In this document: piece after piece, positions 40,352 to 58,900 of the stretch
Layout of the letters: each line of letters begins with the position of its first letter
Numbering within the stretch: the first letter of the stretch is position 1
Origin: the human T2T-CHM13v2.0 reference genome, Homo sapiens
DNA: 64,000 bases
Direction: 5' to 3' (one strand)
Assembly: GCF_009914755.1 (NCBI RefSeq)
Contig: NC_060948.1
Notes under the pieces: generated by a model
Told to the model about the DNA's origin: nothing
The model's database searches: none
What the model saw: the letters and a program-made list of their open reading frames with translations, nothing else
Translations under genes and position numbers: made by a program

Positions 40352-41930
40352 TATTTTATGAAGCTCACCCTGTTTGCAGTGTGGAAAGTTGATTTGCAAT
40401 GGACAAAAAGCAGATATAGTAAAACTAATGAGAAAATTACAACAGTAGTTCAGGTAGGAGATGATAGGGAATTTGTCTTAGATGTTATTAATTGAAATGA
40501 TACAAAGTGGGCCAAATCATAGTTTCTTTAAATTCAGGGAGTTAGTAATGGAATATAGGAGAAATACAAAGAGATACATGAAATATCAATATTCTTGGAT
40601 TAGGGAGGTAGCTGATTTATGTGTATTATTTTATAAATTAAAATAGAACAATACATAGAACAATGGTGACAAGTTTTCATGAAGCAAAGATTGTGACTAA
40701 TCTTACACTAAGCAACTGACACCCATAAGAAATAAGAAAGGAAACACAACAAACTTTACTAAATAGAAAAATGTGAATTTAATTGACAAACATGTCCTAA
40801 TGTAACAGTAGTTTCAATGCATGTAAATGGATTATAGTGATTAATGAAGCAAAGAAAATATACAGTTTTGAAAAAGAGAGAAAGAATAACCAGATGTTCT
40901 TTTAAAGGACACAGAATAATCAGAAATAGAGGAGAAGAAAAAGAAATACTAAGCAGTATGAATCAAAGAAAGCTAGGAGTGAGGCAGATATAATTTAGGG
41001 AAAAATAATGTTATGTTATGGTAAAAGGGACCATTGCACAAGGAGATATAACTATTATAAATATATATTCCTAACAGTGCCAACTCTAAATGTGTTAATT
41101 AAAAAGAGACAGAACTTTAAGGAAACATAGATAAATAATTTTAATTAGAGACTTTAACACACTCTTCTAGAGAACCAAAAATAAAGATTTTTTAATATAT
41201 GCTCTCTGTGTGTTCACACATATAACTGTACAAACAACTGAAAATTATTTTCAATCACACAAAGAACATTTAAAATAATAGAGCATATATTTTGTCATAT
41301 GGAAAGTCTGTAAATTCCAAAAGATCAGTAAAATGAAATAACATTGGACATCAATAGTAATGAAAGAATAGCTTAAAATCAGAAGTTAGAAAATAAAATA
41401 ACATATTTATAAATAGCCCATAGTTTTAAAAAAGAATCACAAAAAATTACAATAAAGAAATTTTTAGGTGAGTGATAAGACACCGATTGTCAGAAATTGT
41501 GGTTCACAGAGAAGCAATAATTAGTGGAGAATGTGTACTCTTTGTGTTTTATAAACAAATAAGGATAATTTTTAAATTACTAAGAATTTAGTTCAATATT
41601 TTGGAAACATTGAAACTAAAACCAATGAAACTAATAGAATAAAAATGATAATGGGCAGAAATAATAGTAATAGTAATAATGATAATAAAACTCAGAAACA
41701 ACTTTCTTCAAATTACAATATTTTCTTAAAAGGAGTAACAAAATTGTTAGACTTCTCTCAAAAATGTTTAATAAACTAGAAAAAAATACAAAAATAAATA
41801 CAATCATAAAAAAAGAAAATAGCTACAGACCTAACAGAATTCTAATAAATAATAAGAACAAAATTAGCGACTATAACATCAATTTGAAAACCTAGATTAA
41901 ATGAATACATTTACAAAATAATATAAAACA

Positions 41931-42288
<358 letters not shown>

Positions 42289-42558
42289 TTAAGTATATCT
42301 AGAAGTATCAAAAAATAGAAATAGTAGTCAAAACCTTTGTTCCTCAACTCACATGCCCAATGATTTTACAAGTGAGTTCTATCCAACTTTCAAGTAACAG
42401 TTAATCTATATTTTAACATATTTTCCTGAAAATACTTTAAAAAACTGTACTTTCTCAGCTCTTTTCATAATGCAAGTGTAGTATTTATTCCTTAAACAGA
42501 TGTGAACAATTCAAGATTGAAAGCATATTGAACATTTAACTTATGAAAGTAAATGCAA

Positions 42559-42740
42559 TTAGCTAGGCTTCACGGCACGTGCCTATAGTCTCAGCTACTC
42601 AGGAGGCTGAGGCAGGAGGGTCCCTTGAGCCCAGGAGCTCCAAGCTGCAGTGAGTTATAATCCCACCACTGTACTCCAGTCTGGGTAACAGAGCAAGACC
42701 CTCTCTCTAAAAACTAAATAATTAATTAAAAATAAAAAAT
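42559..42740 (+). mobile_element. AluJ right arm / FRAM
   Basis: Single right monomer; perfect 13 bp TSD aaagtaaatgcaa (42546-42558 / 42741-42753). Confidence 0.85.
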
Positions 42741-42857
42741 AAAGTAAATGCAAACATTCAAAAACAACCTACTGAATCATAAAATATATTTTAAAAACTT
42801 TATGATTAATTATCATAAATGCAAGGATATAGCTACAGTAGAAAATTAATAAATGTT

Positions 42858-43030
42858 GAGGATGGCAGAATAACAAAATAGGCTACCCTGGGCCTCCAGC
42901 AGAATGCAACCACTATTCTGAACTGCTTTTGCTCAGATTGTTATTGGAGAGAAAACAAAGCTTCTGTCTTGTTAAGCCACTACATTTTTGTTGTTTGTTA
43001 TGGAATCTAAACCTGTACCCTAACAATAGC
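42858..43030 (+). mobile_element. MLT1J/K-like LTR 3' part
   Basis: gaggatggcaga...gagagaaaacaaagcttctgtcttgttaagccact. Confidence 0.55.
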
Positions 43031-43154
43031 ACCACTGTCTCCCAAATTCTGTTTAAACTGTCCTCATTGCCAGCTGGCTGAAAAGTGACACAGTACCAAA
43101 ATCCCATTTTAGAGTTTGCTTCCTAGGCTTACACCTGCCACCAATTATGTTAAT

Positions 43155-43572
43155 TATTTTCCCTAGCAGACTGAGATGGGAATTAGCAAGCGGAAAATGT
43201 ATTGAAAAGTGTTTCACTTGTAGTGAATTGAGATATCCAGGATTGAGTAGTGGGAGAAACTTAGCACAATTCCCTCATAACTAAGTTCTCAACTGATATT
43301 CAGGTAGTGTATTCAAGAGATAGTAACTCTGGAGGTGGGATGGCCATTCAGGGTTGCTCCAGTTGAAACAAAGGCCTGGGCTTTTGTGTCCCTGCATTGG
43401 CCAGTCATTTACTGCAGACTGCTTCCTTATAGAAAGTATAATTTTAAGTGAAGCAATTCTCTAAGGGCAATTGGAATTTCCCATGAGAAATGCAGTTGTG
43501 GCAAGCAGGTAGGGGATGGATGCAACAGGCCTGAAGAGGGAATCTGCTCAGGGGATCATAATATTCACTGTA
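43155..43572 (-). mobile_element. LTR33/LTR16-like ERVL LTR
   Basis: cagactgagatgg...ggcctgggcttttgtgtccctgcattggccagtcatt. Confidence 0.5.
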
Positions 43573-43817
43573 ATGCTCTATCTTAATACCAGGCTTCCAT
43601 TTAATTATCTTCTCAACTACAAAATATCTTACTTTGCTGGTGCAGAATTTAAAATGACCTGCAGAATTTAACGGGATCTTTTGCTTTTAAACCTGTAAAA
43701 AAATCAAGTTCACTTATAATAAGATAAATGTAAAAGAAATTACAATGAGATATTTTCAGAACTTTTGATAACCTACGGCATTGGGTAGTATGTAGAGGTA
43801 AATTTACTCTAATATTC

Positions 43818-44239
43818 TGTGGAGGCTAAAGCAACTCCATCTTGGAAATAATTTTACCATGTTGGCTTCTGATTAACCCCTGTTCTTGGAAGGGCTCTAA
43901 GATTTTCAAGTTCTCTATTGTTTCTTGTGTAAGAGTGGAAACTTAACCATAAATCCTGCCCTTAGGCCAAACAACCTTGATGTTATCATACTTTAAATTG
44001 CCCTACACATGCTTTCTGAACCACCCCTCCCTTATGGTATAAACCCTGGGTCTGGGGGATAATGCTGCAGGAATCCCACCATCTTGTCTCTCTGTCACAC
44101 AAGACACAGACATAGCTTCTATTTGTAAGTCCCTATTAAATGTCTCTGTAAGAAATTGCATTTGTCATTCTCTTTCTTCAGCCTCTCAGCTTCCTCAAAC
44201 TTTGGGGTATGTTTGCATAGAACTGCCTACTGTGAAACA
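43818..44239 (+). mobile_element. LTR47-like solo LTR
   Basis: tgtggaggctaaagcaactccatcttgga start, ...ctgtgaaaca end, tataaa box. Confidence 0.75.
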
Positions 44240-44344
44240 TTATTTTGCTGGGACTATAAAATTTTACAGTTCTCTAGGCAGAATATCTGCATTGCTTTTA
44301 CTCAGTAATTCATATAAAAATGTATTTAATAACTAAGTCATGAT

Positions 44345-44958
44345 GTTAGACTCAGCAATGATTCTTGGATATCACATCAAAAACACAGGCAACAAAATAA
44401 AAACAAAATTAGATTTCATCAAATATAAAAACTTTTGTGCCTCAAAACAATCAACAGGTGGAAAGGCAACTCACAGAATGGGAAAAATATTTTCAAATCA
44501 TATATTTGATGAAGAATTAATATCTAGAATATGTAAAGAACTCCTATAACTCCACAACGGAAAAACAATCCAATTAAAAATGGTTTGAATAGATATTTCT
44601 CCAAAGAATATACACAAGTGGGCATACAGATTGCCATCAAAAACGTAAAAGATGTTCAACATCACTAATTATTGGGGAAATGCAGATCAAAGCTACTATG
44701 ATATTCCACTTCACACCCATTAGGTTAACTATTATCCAAAAAACAGAAAATAGCAAGAGTTGTTGAAGATATGGGGAAATTAGAAGTCCTGTACATTTCT
44801 GGTGGTAATGTAAAATAATGCGGCTGTTGTGTAAAACAGTATGGTAGGTCCTCAGAAAGCTAAATTAGAATTACAATAAGATGAAACAATTTTAATTATA
44901 GGTATGTACCCATAAAATTTGGAAGCAAGGACTAGAACAGATATTTGTACACCCATGG
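44345..44958 (+). mobile_element. L1MB-type 3' ORF2 fragment
   Basis: aaacttttgtgcctcaaa...acagaatgggaaaaatattt...cacttcacacccattagg. Confidence 0.75.
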
Positions 44959-45709
44959 GCACCATTGCTGTTCACCTTACAAATTATCCTTAAAATGTAG
45001 TTAATATATTTTATTTCTTACTATGCCACTTAGCATTTCTTTTTCTTTTATTCAGTGAATTGTTATTTATATTGATTCACATATTAGCTCTTTTTTCTTA
45101 ATATTCTTTCTCATATCCTTTCTACTTTCTGAGTTTAACTTCATTCTTTCTGAGGTATATTTATCAGCAGGACTTTAACCAAGGGTCTGTCTCAGTTTTT
45201 CTTTAGCTGAGTTTATAATTCTAAGTTAAATAATTTTACCTGGAGATTTTTTTTGTGTGTGTTTTGCTTTTGCTATTGAAAATGTTATTTTTGTTATAAT
45301 TCTTCCTGTGTAGGCAATCTTTTATCTATGTTTGCTGTTAAGATTTCCATTTTTTCTTTGATGTTGCACAGTTTCACTTTGCCATAATATTAAATTGTTA
45401 TGTTAAATTATGTTCTCTTCCACAGAAATTTTTATGCTTTTTTAACCAGATTTGTGTCCTTTATCAGATCTTGAAAAAATTTAAAGTCACTATATCTATA
45501 AATCTTACTATTGCTCAAAAATATATTCTAAATGATCTGTTTATTTGATTTCCCTTTGATTAACCGGTCTTTGAATTTCTCTATCCTGCCTTATGGGTAA
45601 TTTCCTCAAAACCATATTTCAGTTTACTAATATCTCTTTAGATGTGGCTAATATACTATTTAGATCATCATTAATTTTTCCATTTCAACAACTTTATTTT
45701 TTTAAAGTA

Positions 45710-46010
45710 GGCCGGGTGCGCTGGTTCACACCTGTAATCCCAGCACTTTGGGAGGCTGAGGCGGGTGGATCATCTGGGTCAGGAATTCAAGACCGGCCTG
45801 GCCAACATGGCAAAACCCTATCTCTACTGAAAATACAAAAACTTAGCCGGGCATGGTGACGTGTGCCTGAAATCCCAACTACTCAGGAGTCTGAGGCAGG
45901 AGAATTGCTTGAACCAGGGAGGCAGAGGGTGCAGTGAGCCGAGACTGCTCCGCTGCCTTCTAGCCTGGGAAACAGAGTGAGACTCCATCTCAAAAAATAA
46001 TAATAATTTA
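45710..46010 (+). mobile_element. AluS
   Basis: Full dimer, gagaattgcttgaacc. Confidence 0.9.
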
Positions 46011-46169
46011 AAAAGTAATGTTTCGCTTCAGTCTTTATTTTCATTTTCTTTTACATACAGTGAAATTCACATTTTATGGCCTATAGTTTTACGAATTTTA
46101 ACAATTGCATAGAGTCATGTAACCATCACAATAATTAAGGTACAGATCAGTCCCATAACTCCAAGTTTT

Positions 46170-49100
46170 CATTTCACTGCTTCATTTGCTCGTTGATTTG
46201 TTCAAGTTTCCTAAAGATTCTGAATATTAGACTATTGTCAGATACATAGGTTGCAAATACTTTCTCAAATTCTGTAGGTTGTCTGTTTACTCTGTTGATA
46301 GTTTCGTCTTCTATGCAGAAGCTCTTTAGTTTAATTAGATCTCGTTTGTCAATTTTTGCTTTGGTTGCAATTGCTTTTGGCATCTTTGGCATGAAATCTT
46401 TGCTGGTTCCTATGTCCAGAATGGTATTGCCTAAGTTGTCTTCTAGAGTTTTCATAGTTTTGGGTTTACATTTAAGTCTTTCATCCATCCTAAGTTGATT
46501 TTTGCGGATGGTAAAAGAAAGTATTCTAATTTTATTCTTCTGCATATGGCTAGCCAGTTATCTCAGCACCATTTATTGAATAGGGAGTCCTCTCCTCATT
46601 GATTGTTCTTGTCCACTTTGTTGAAGACCAGATGGTTGTAGGTGTGCAGGCTTATTTCTAAGCTCTATATTCTGTTTCATTGGTCTGTGTGTCTGTTTTT
46701 GTACCAATATGATGCTGTTTTTGTTAACTGTAGCGTTGTAGTATAGCTTGATGTCAGGTAGTATGACGTCTCTGGCTTTCTTCATTTTGCTTGGGATTGC
46801 TTTGACTATGTAGGCTCTTTTTGGGTTCCATATGAATTTTAAAATTGTTTTTTTCAAATTCTATGAAATATGTCACTTGTAGTTTGATAGGAATAGCATT
46901 GAATCTGTAAATTGTGTTGGACAGTATTGCCATTTTAGTAATATTGCTTATTTCTATCCATGAGCATGGAATGTCTTTCCATTTGTTTGTGTTGTCTAAT
47001 TTATTTGAGCAGTATTTTGTAATTCTTCTAGAGATCTTTCACCTATCTGGTTAGTTGTGTTCTTAAGTATTTTATTCTTCTTGTGGCTATTGTGAAAGTG
47101 ATTACATTCTTATTTTGGCTCTCAGCTTCGACATTGTTGTTGTATAGAAATGCTACTGATTTTTGTACATTGATTTTGTGTCCTGAAACTTTGCTGGAGT
47201 TATTGATCAGATCTAGGGGCTTTTGTACAGGACCTGTGGGACTTTTTAGGTATAAAGTCACATTATCTACGAAGAGAGATAGTTTGACTTCCTCTCTTCT
47301 TATTTGGATGCCTTTTACTTCTTGCTCTGACCTGATTGCTCTCGCTAAGACTTCCAACACTATGTTGAATAGGGGTGGTGAGAGAGGGCATTCTTGTCTT
47401 GTTCAGGTTCTCAAGGGCAATGCTTCTAGATTTTGTTCATTCAGTATGATGTTGGCTTTGAGTTTTTCATAGATGACTGTTAATATTTTGAGTTATATTG
47501 CTTCAATGCCTAGTTCATTGAGAGTTTTTAACAAAAAGGGATGTTGAATTTTATCAAAAGCCTTTTGTGTGTCTATTGAGATGATCATGTGGCTTTTGTT
47601 TTTAGTTATATTTATGTGATTAATCAAATTTGATTTGCATGTATTGAGCCAAACTTGCATCCCAGGAATAAAGCCTGCTTGATGGTGGTGGATTAGCTTT
47701 TTGATGTGTTTCTGGATTCAGTTTGCAAGTATTTTGTTAAGAATATTTGCATTTATTTTCATCAGGAATGTTGGCCTAATTTTTTTTTCTATATCTGTCA
47801 GATTATGGTATCAGAATAATTCTGACCTCATAGAATGAGTTAGGTAGGACTCTCTCCTTCTCTAGTTTTTGGCATAGTTTCAGTAGGATTCGTGCCAATT
47901 GTTCTTTTTACATCTGGTAGATTTCAGGTATGAATCTGTCTGGTTGAGTGGTTTTTCTGATTGGTAAGTTTTTTATTACTGATTCCGTTTTGGAGGTTGC
48001 TATCAGTCTGTTCAGAGTTTCAATTTATTCCTGGGAGATTGTATGCTTTCAGGAATTAATCCGTTTGTTCTTGGTTTTCTAGTTTCTGTGCCTAGAGGTG
48101 TTCCTAATAGTCTCTGAGGCTTTTTTTTTTTTTTGTATATTTATATGTGGTTGTTACTAATGTCGCTTTTGTAATTTCTGCTTGTCTTCCTTTGAATCTT
48201 CTTACTTTTTTATCAGTCTAGCTAGCAGTCTATCAGTTCTATTAATTATTTCTAAGAACCAACTTTTGCTTTCATTGATCTGTAAAGTTTATCACTTCTC
48301 AATTTCATTCAATTCAGCTCCTATTTGTTTTTTTTTCTCTTTTTCTTCTTTTGCTAGCTTTACCATTGGTTTTCTCTTGTTTCCCTAGTTCCTCTAGGTG
48401 TAATATTAGGTTGTTAATTTTAGACCTTTCTAACTTTTTGATGTGGGCATTTAGTGCTATAAACTCTCCTCTTAACACTGTTTGAACTGTATCCCAGAGA
48501 TCTAGGTATGTTGTATATTTGTTTTCATTAGTTTCAAAGAGTTTCTTGATTTCTGCATTAATTTCATTGCTTGCCCAAAAGTCATTCATGGGCAGGTTGT
48601 TTAATTTCTATGTAGTTGTATGATTTTAAGAGACCTTTTTCATATTTATTTTTATTTTTATTGCATTGTAGTTCAAGAGTGTTGTTGGTATTTTTTTTAA
48701 TTTGTTGAAAATTGTTATATGACTGATTGTGCAGTCAATTACAGAGTATGTGCTATTTACAAATGAGAATAACATATATTCTGTTGTTCTTGGGTGGAGT
48801 GTTCTGTACTTGACTATTAGGTCCTTTTGGTTGTGTGTCAAGTTTAAGTCCCAAATATCTTTGTTAGTTTTCTGCCTTGATGATCTGTCAAATACCATCA
48901 GTGGGGCATTGAAGTCTCCCATTATTATTGTGGGATTATCTAAGTCTCTTTTTAGGACCCCAAAAACTTGCTTTATGAATCTGGTTGCTCTTGTCTTGGG
49001 TGCATATATATTTAGGATAATTAAGTCTTCTTGTTGATTTGATCCCTGTATCATTACATTATTCCCATTTTTGTCTTTTTTGATCATTGTTGATTCAAAG

Positions 49101-51732
49101 TCTATATTGTCTGAAATTAGAATTGGAATCTCTGCTTTTTGTTTGTTTGTTTTCCATTGGCTTGATAGATTTTTGTCCATTTTTTTAAGTCTATGAGTGT
49201 CTTTTCATGTGAGATGAGTCACTTGAAGCATGCAGTCATGTCTTGCTTCTTTATCTAACTTGCCAGTCTGTGCCTTTTTTGTGGAGCATTTAGCCAGTTT
49301 ATGTTCAGAGTTAATATTGATATGTGTAGATTTGATCCTTTCATTGTGTTGTTAGCTAGTTGTTATGCACATTGTGTCACTGCTTTATAGTGTCAATGGT
49401 ATATGCACTTAAGTGTGTTTTTTGTGTTGGCCAGTAAAGTTTTCATTTACATGTTTAACACTCTTTATTGATCTCTTGTAAGGCAGATCTGGTGGTAATG
49501 AATTCCCTTAGCATTTATTTGTCTGAAAAGTATCTCATTTTTCATTCGCTTATGAAGCATAGTTTGGCTAGATATAAAATTCTTAGTTGGAATTTCTTTT
49601 ATTGAAGAATGTTGAATATAGGCCCTCAGTCTCGTCTGGCTCTTAGAGTTTGTGCTAAGAAAGGTATGCTGTTAGCCTGATAAGGTTCTCTTTGTAGGTG
49701 AACTGCCCCTTCTCTCTAGCTGCCTTTAATATCTTTTTGTTTATGATGACCTTATAGAATCTGATGACTATGTGTCTTGGGGATGGTCGTTTTGTATAGG
49801 ATCTCACAGGGGTTCTTTGCATATCCTGAATTTGAATGTCAACTTCTTTAGCGAGGTTGAGGAAATTTTCATGGACAATATACTCAAATATGTTCTCCAA
49901 GTTGCGTGCTCTCTCTCTTTCTTTCAGGGATTCCAATGAGTTATACGTTTGGTCCCTTTACATACTCTCATATTTCTCAAAAGTTTTGTTCTTTCTTTAC
50001 TTCTTTTTTCTTTACTTTTGTCTGACTGAGTTAACTTGAAGAACCAGTCTTCAAGCTCTCAGATTCTTTCTTCATCTTGGTCTATTATCCTGTTAATATT
50101 TTTATTGTATTTAATATTATGAAATTATTGTAGTGAGTTTTTCAGCTCTATCAGACAAGTTTGGTTTTTTCATGCAATGGATAATTTATCTTTCAGCTCT
50201 TATATCATTTTGCTGGATTCCTCAGATCCCTAGAGTTGGGTTTCAACTTTTTCCTGAATCTCAATGATCTTCATTCCTATCAAGATTTGTAATTCTACGT
50301 CTGTCCTTTCAGCCACGTTAGCACAGTTAAGAACCATGGCTGGGGAGTTAGTGTAATCATTTGGAGGTAAGAAGACATTCTGGCTTTTTGAGTTGTCAGA
50401 GTTCTTGCGCTGATTCTTTCTCATCTCTGTGGGCTAATATTCCTGTAATCTTTGAAGCTGCTGTCCCTTGGAAGACTTTTTTTTTTGTCTGCTTTTGATG
50501 CCCTTGAGGTTTTGATTGTGGTATAAACTGAGTTTAGTCAACTGGCTTTATTTCTGGAAGATTTCAGGGTGCCAAGTCTCAGTTCAGCACTCCTGGGCTG
50601 CATGCTCTAACCCTGGGGATCTAATACCAGTCCCATGGCTTTGTTCTCTGACCCCTTGTGGTTAAGCACCTACTACACTGGAGGGCCCAATGTGCTCCCG
50701 GTCCACTGATGAAAACACTCCAATGGAAGCTGATGGCCAAAGAGCTTCACTGGGGTAGTGGAAACAGGGTCCATGCTCATGTGCACATGCCAGCAGCAGT
50801 GATGCAGTGGTGTCCACACCTGCGTGTGTATCAACAGTAGTGGTACAGCAGAGTACCTGAATGTCAGTAGGGTTTGGGTGCCAGCAGCGAGGTTCATTTT
50901 CACATGAGCTTGTGGCAATGGTGTGGTGAGGTCCACATCCATGTGTGTACTGACAAAGTGTGGTGGGGACTGTGTGCAAGTGTGTGATGGCAAAGTGGTG
51001 GGGAAGAGCTATGGATGTGTGAGTACGTGTTGGTGGGGTCCCCTCTACTAAGGTTCTCTGATGATTAAGCATGGTCTGCTGGTGAAGAAGCTATTGTGGT
51101 GGCTTCCATAAAGTGCTCCAGTTGGGCATCCCAGGCTGCACTACAAGCTGGCACAGTAAGGCAAGAACTCCAGGAAAAGCTGGCATCCAGGGGTGTGCTC
51201 AGTTCAGACTGTCCCTATCCCATGAGCAAGACTGTCCTGCCCTGTCCAGATCCAACAGTCAACAAAGACCAAAGCCACCTAGAGGATCACAGCAAGCCTT
51301 AGGGGATGGGCATTCCTGGCCAAGCTCCACTGCTGCCATTCCCATGCCAAACCCTCTGGGCTGGAGTTTCATCCCTGCCACCTCTCTGAGCAAGTCTCCC
51401 TGTAAGCTCAAGTGTCTGTGGGCGTCATGCAGTCTTCTGCAGCTAGGATTCTGTCGGTTCATGATGAGAGTGGGCCACTCCTTGCTTATTTAATTTACTC
51501 CTCACCCTGGAGTTACTGGAAGCCAGGAAAAAGTCTTGGTGCTCAGCAGCCCTGTGCTTGGTTCCTAGCTTCCTATCCCTTCAGCTCAGGGTCTGCATCC
51601 TCCCCCAATCCATTCTCAATGCCTTTCTTCTGAAGATCTGCTCAGAATTTGCCAGTCTTATTGATGGTCTGGTCTCTCAGTGGGAGATGCTCTTCCTGGC
51701 TGCATCTAGTTGGTCATCTTGTCTCTCCTCCC
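46170..51732 (-). mobile_element. near full-length L1PA15/16-like element, 3'-truncated
   Basis: 5' end rc gggaggagagacaagatgaccaactagatgcagcc; ORF1 ATG 50424 (MRKNQRKNS); ORF2 fragments in ORF track; no 3'UTR or poly(A). Confidence 0.88.
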
Positions 51733-51734
51733 AA

Positions 51735-52672
51735 TAAATCTGTCAATATTGTCTTCTTTAAAATATTAACTTTCCAATTCAAGAACATGAAATATCTTTC
51801 CATTTATATGTGTTAATGTAAATATTTTTTCTGGAATATTTTGTAGAATTTAGTGCACAAGTCTTTCACTTCCTTAGTTGAGTTTATTATTTAGTAGTTC
51901 ATTTTGATGTTATTATAAGTGAAATGTTTTCACTGTTTCCTTTTTTAATTGTTCATCATTAGTTTATAAAAATGCAGCTGCCTTTTACATGTTGATTTTG
52001 TATCCTGCAACTTTGCTGAATTTGTTTATTTGTTCTAACCATTTTTTTTTTATTTTTGATGAAATATTTAGGGTTTTCTACATATAAGATTATGTCCTCT
52101 GTGGATAGATATAATTTTACTTTTCGATTTCTGACTTCAATTCCTTACTACCTTTTTTTGCCTAATTGACCTGACTAGGACTTTTAGTACTATTTTGAAT
52201 AGAAGAGATGAAAGTGAGCATCCTTGTCTCATTCTTGGTATTAGAGGAAAACATTTCACTCTTTCACAATTGAGTATGATATTGGCTCTGGGATTTCCAT
52301 ATAGGACCTTTAATATATTAAGGTGGTTTTACTTTACTCCTAGTTTGTTGAGTGGTTTTATCATGAAAGTGAGTTGAATTTTGTCAACAGATTTCATTGA
52401 ATCAAATGAGATGATAATGGGGTTTATTCCCTTCATTCTGTTTATGTGGTGTATTGCAATGATTGACTTTTGAATGTTGAATCATCCTTGCACAACTGGA
52501 ATTAATTTCACCTGATCATGATGTATACATATTTTAATGTGCTGTTGAATTCACTTTGCTTGCATTTTGTTCAAAAGTTTTGCTTCAATACTAATCAGTG
52601 ATATTGGTCTGTAGTTTGTTTTTTTCCTTGTAATGTCTTTGGCTATGGTATGCTAACTTCATAGAATAAGAC
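51735..52672 (-). mobile_element. L1M ORF2 fragment
   Basis: tgttgattttgtatcctgcaactttgctgaatt...gagcatccttgtct. Confidence 0.8.
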
Positions 52673-52679
52673 TGTAAAT

Positions 52680-56355
<3,676 letters not shown>

Positions 56356-56357
56356 TC

Positions 56358-58010
56358 ACAAAACACAGAATATACATTTTTCTCACCACCACATGGCACA
56401 TACTCTAAAATTAACCAAACATTCTGACATGGAACAATCCTCAGAAAATGCAAAAGAACCAAAGTCACACCAACCACTCTCTCAAACCATGGTGTAATCA
56501 AATTGGCAATTAACATTAAGAAAATAGCTCAAAACTGTACAATTACATGGAAATTACGCAAACTGCTCCTGAATGACTTTTGGATAATTAATGAAATTAA
56601 GACAGAAATCAAGAAGTTATTTGAAGCTAATGAGAACAAGGTATAGATAACAGATTCTCTGGGACACTGCTATGGCAGTTTTAAGGGGGAAATTTATAGC
56701 ACTGAGCGCCCACATCAAAATTTAAAAAAATATATCAAATTAACCACCTAACATCCCAACTAAAAGAAGTAGAGAAGCAAGAGCAAACTAACCCCAAATC
56801 TAACAGAAGACAAGCAATAACCAAAATTAGAGCTCAACTGGAGGAGACTGAGACACAAAATACATTCAAAGATCAACAAATCCAGGATTTGGCTTTTTGA
56901 AAAAATTAATAAGATAGATAGACTGCTAGCTCTACTGAGAAAGGAGAAGAGAGAGAGGATCCCAATAAACACAATTAGAAATGACAAAGGGAATATTACC
57001 ACTGACCTCACAGAGACACACATAAATATCAGAAACTGCTATGAACACCTCTATTCACACAAAGTAGAAAATCTAGAAGAAATGGATATATTCCTTGAAA
57101 TATACATCCTTCCAAGACTGAACCAGAAAGAAATTGATTCTCTGAACAGACCAAGAAGAAGCTCTAAAATTGAATCAGTAATAAATAGCCTACCAACCAA
57201 AAAAAAAAAAAAAAAAGCCCAGGACCAGATAGATTCACAGCTGAATTCTACCAGACATAGAAAGAAAAGCTAGTATTATTCCTACTGAAACTATTCCAAA
57301 AAAACTGAGAAGGAGAGACTCCTCTCCAATTTCTTCTACGAGGCCAGCATCATCCTGATACCAAAATCTGGCAGAAACACAACAACAAAAGAAAAATTCA
57401 GGCCAATATCCTTGATGAACATTGACATGAAAATCTTTAACAAAATACTAGCAAAGGGAATTCAGCAGCAAATTAAAAAGCTAATCCACCATAATCAAGT
57501 AGGCTTTATCCTTGGAATGCAAGGCTCATTCAATATACACAAATCAGTAAATGTGACTCATCACATAAACAGAACTGAAGACAAAGACCACATGTTCAGG
57601 CCAGCCATGGTGGTTCATGCCTGTAATCTGTAATCCCAGTACTTTGGGAGGCCAAGGTGGGCATATAGCTTGAGCTCAGGAATTAGAGACCACCCTGCGC
57701 AACATGACAAATCTCTGTCTCTGCAAAAAATGCAAAAATTAGCTGGGTGTGGTGGTGTGAGCCTGTCATCCCAGCTACTCCAGAGGCTGAGGTGGGAGGA
57801 TCACTTGAGCCCAGGAGGTTGAGGCTACAGTGATCTGAGACTGTGCCATAGCACTCCGGCCTGGGTGACAGAGTAAGACCCTGTCTCGAAAAAGCCCACC
57901 AAAACCCATAAAACAAAATGCACAAAACTTAAAATAAGAGCAACAAAAAGATCATCTCAGTAGATGCAGAAAAAGCTTTCGGTAAAATTTAACATCCCTT
58001 CATGTTAAAA
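56358..58010 (+). mobile_element. L1PA13-16-like ORF2 segment containing AluJ
   Basis: acagaatatacatttttctc...; resumes atcatctcagtagatgcagaaaaagc. Confidence 0.82.
57599..57950 (+). mobile_element. AluJ
   Basis: gggaggatcacttgagcccaggaggttgaggct; small ctgtaat duplication; degenerate tail. Confidence 0.85.
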
Positions 58011-58327
58011 AGGGAACCAAGTATTCTAACTCATTCTAGTGATCTTCCCAGCTGACTCAGCATTATGTTTAAATATTTTGTAGTATTTTATCTTCTGGGA
58101 ATCCAGGGACATTTCAAACACTCAGCTGATGTGCAATTTCAATGTTAACCTTGAGGACTAAAAAATGGGATAAGAAAGCAAATTGATTCAATCAAAAGAG
58201 GTTATTTTTGTGCAGGAAAATGGTTAACAGAGAGAGGTCATTGCTGCTATGGATTTGACTTTGGTTGTCTTCACTTTGATCCATGTCTGTCTATATCAGC
58301 CCTCTCTGCAATTTATTTTCTATATAG

Positions 58328-58592
58328 GTAGATTATGTACTACCTTTTCTTGCCATTCCTGAAAAAAAATCCTATAGGAGTTGAAGAATATTTCCACTAG
58401 TGCTTTGGATTCTAATATCTCATGCCACTGGTTTCCACTAATCGTGATCCAGACCCAGTGCTACATTTCTCAAGTAATACAAGAGGGGTTCAGAGAACCC
58501 ATAGACTAGAAGAAAATGGCTACAAAGTGACATAAAGCTATGGTAACATTAAGGTTTGCCTATGGAGTTAATTCAGGAAAGATGAAATGAAG
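58328..58592 (+). pseudogene. candidate decayed exon C
   Basis: Acceptor tttattttctatatAG (58326-58327), strong donor AAG|GTCAGT; phase-0 end; 5 stops in 88 codons. Confidence 0.3.
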
Positions 58593-58794
58593 GTCAGTAT
58601 TCTTACACTTATCATAAAGAAATAAGCTAAACAGAATATTTTTAAAGCCACAAAACCTGGTGAAGGGCAAAGAATATTGGGCTTGACATACAATTATAAA
58701 TGATTCATTTTGACTTTTTATAGTTTAATCCTGTATAAAAGTTTATTTTAACAGATCAAACAGCCTATTTAAAATGTTGTCAATGTGTCAACAT

Positions 58795-58900
58795 GAAAAT
58801 GTGTCTCTATTTCTTCTTCATCTATAAAATGGAAAAGACAGTACGAGACCTTTCTATCTTATCTTACAAGACTGTGAAGAGAAGTAATTAAGCAAACAAA
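58795..58900 (+). mobile_element. MIR core
   Basis: cttcatctataaaatgg...cttacaagactgtgaagag. Confidence 0.5.

Noticed and set aside
50658-51633. Cluster of overlapping ORFs and GC-richer repetitive sequence
   Set aside because: Lies in the L1PA15/16-type 5'UTR; higher GC explains the open frames.
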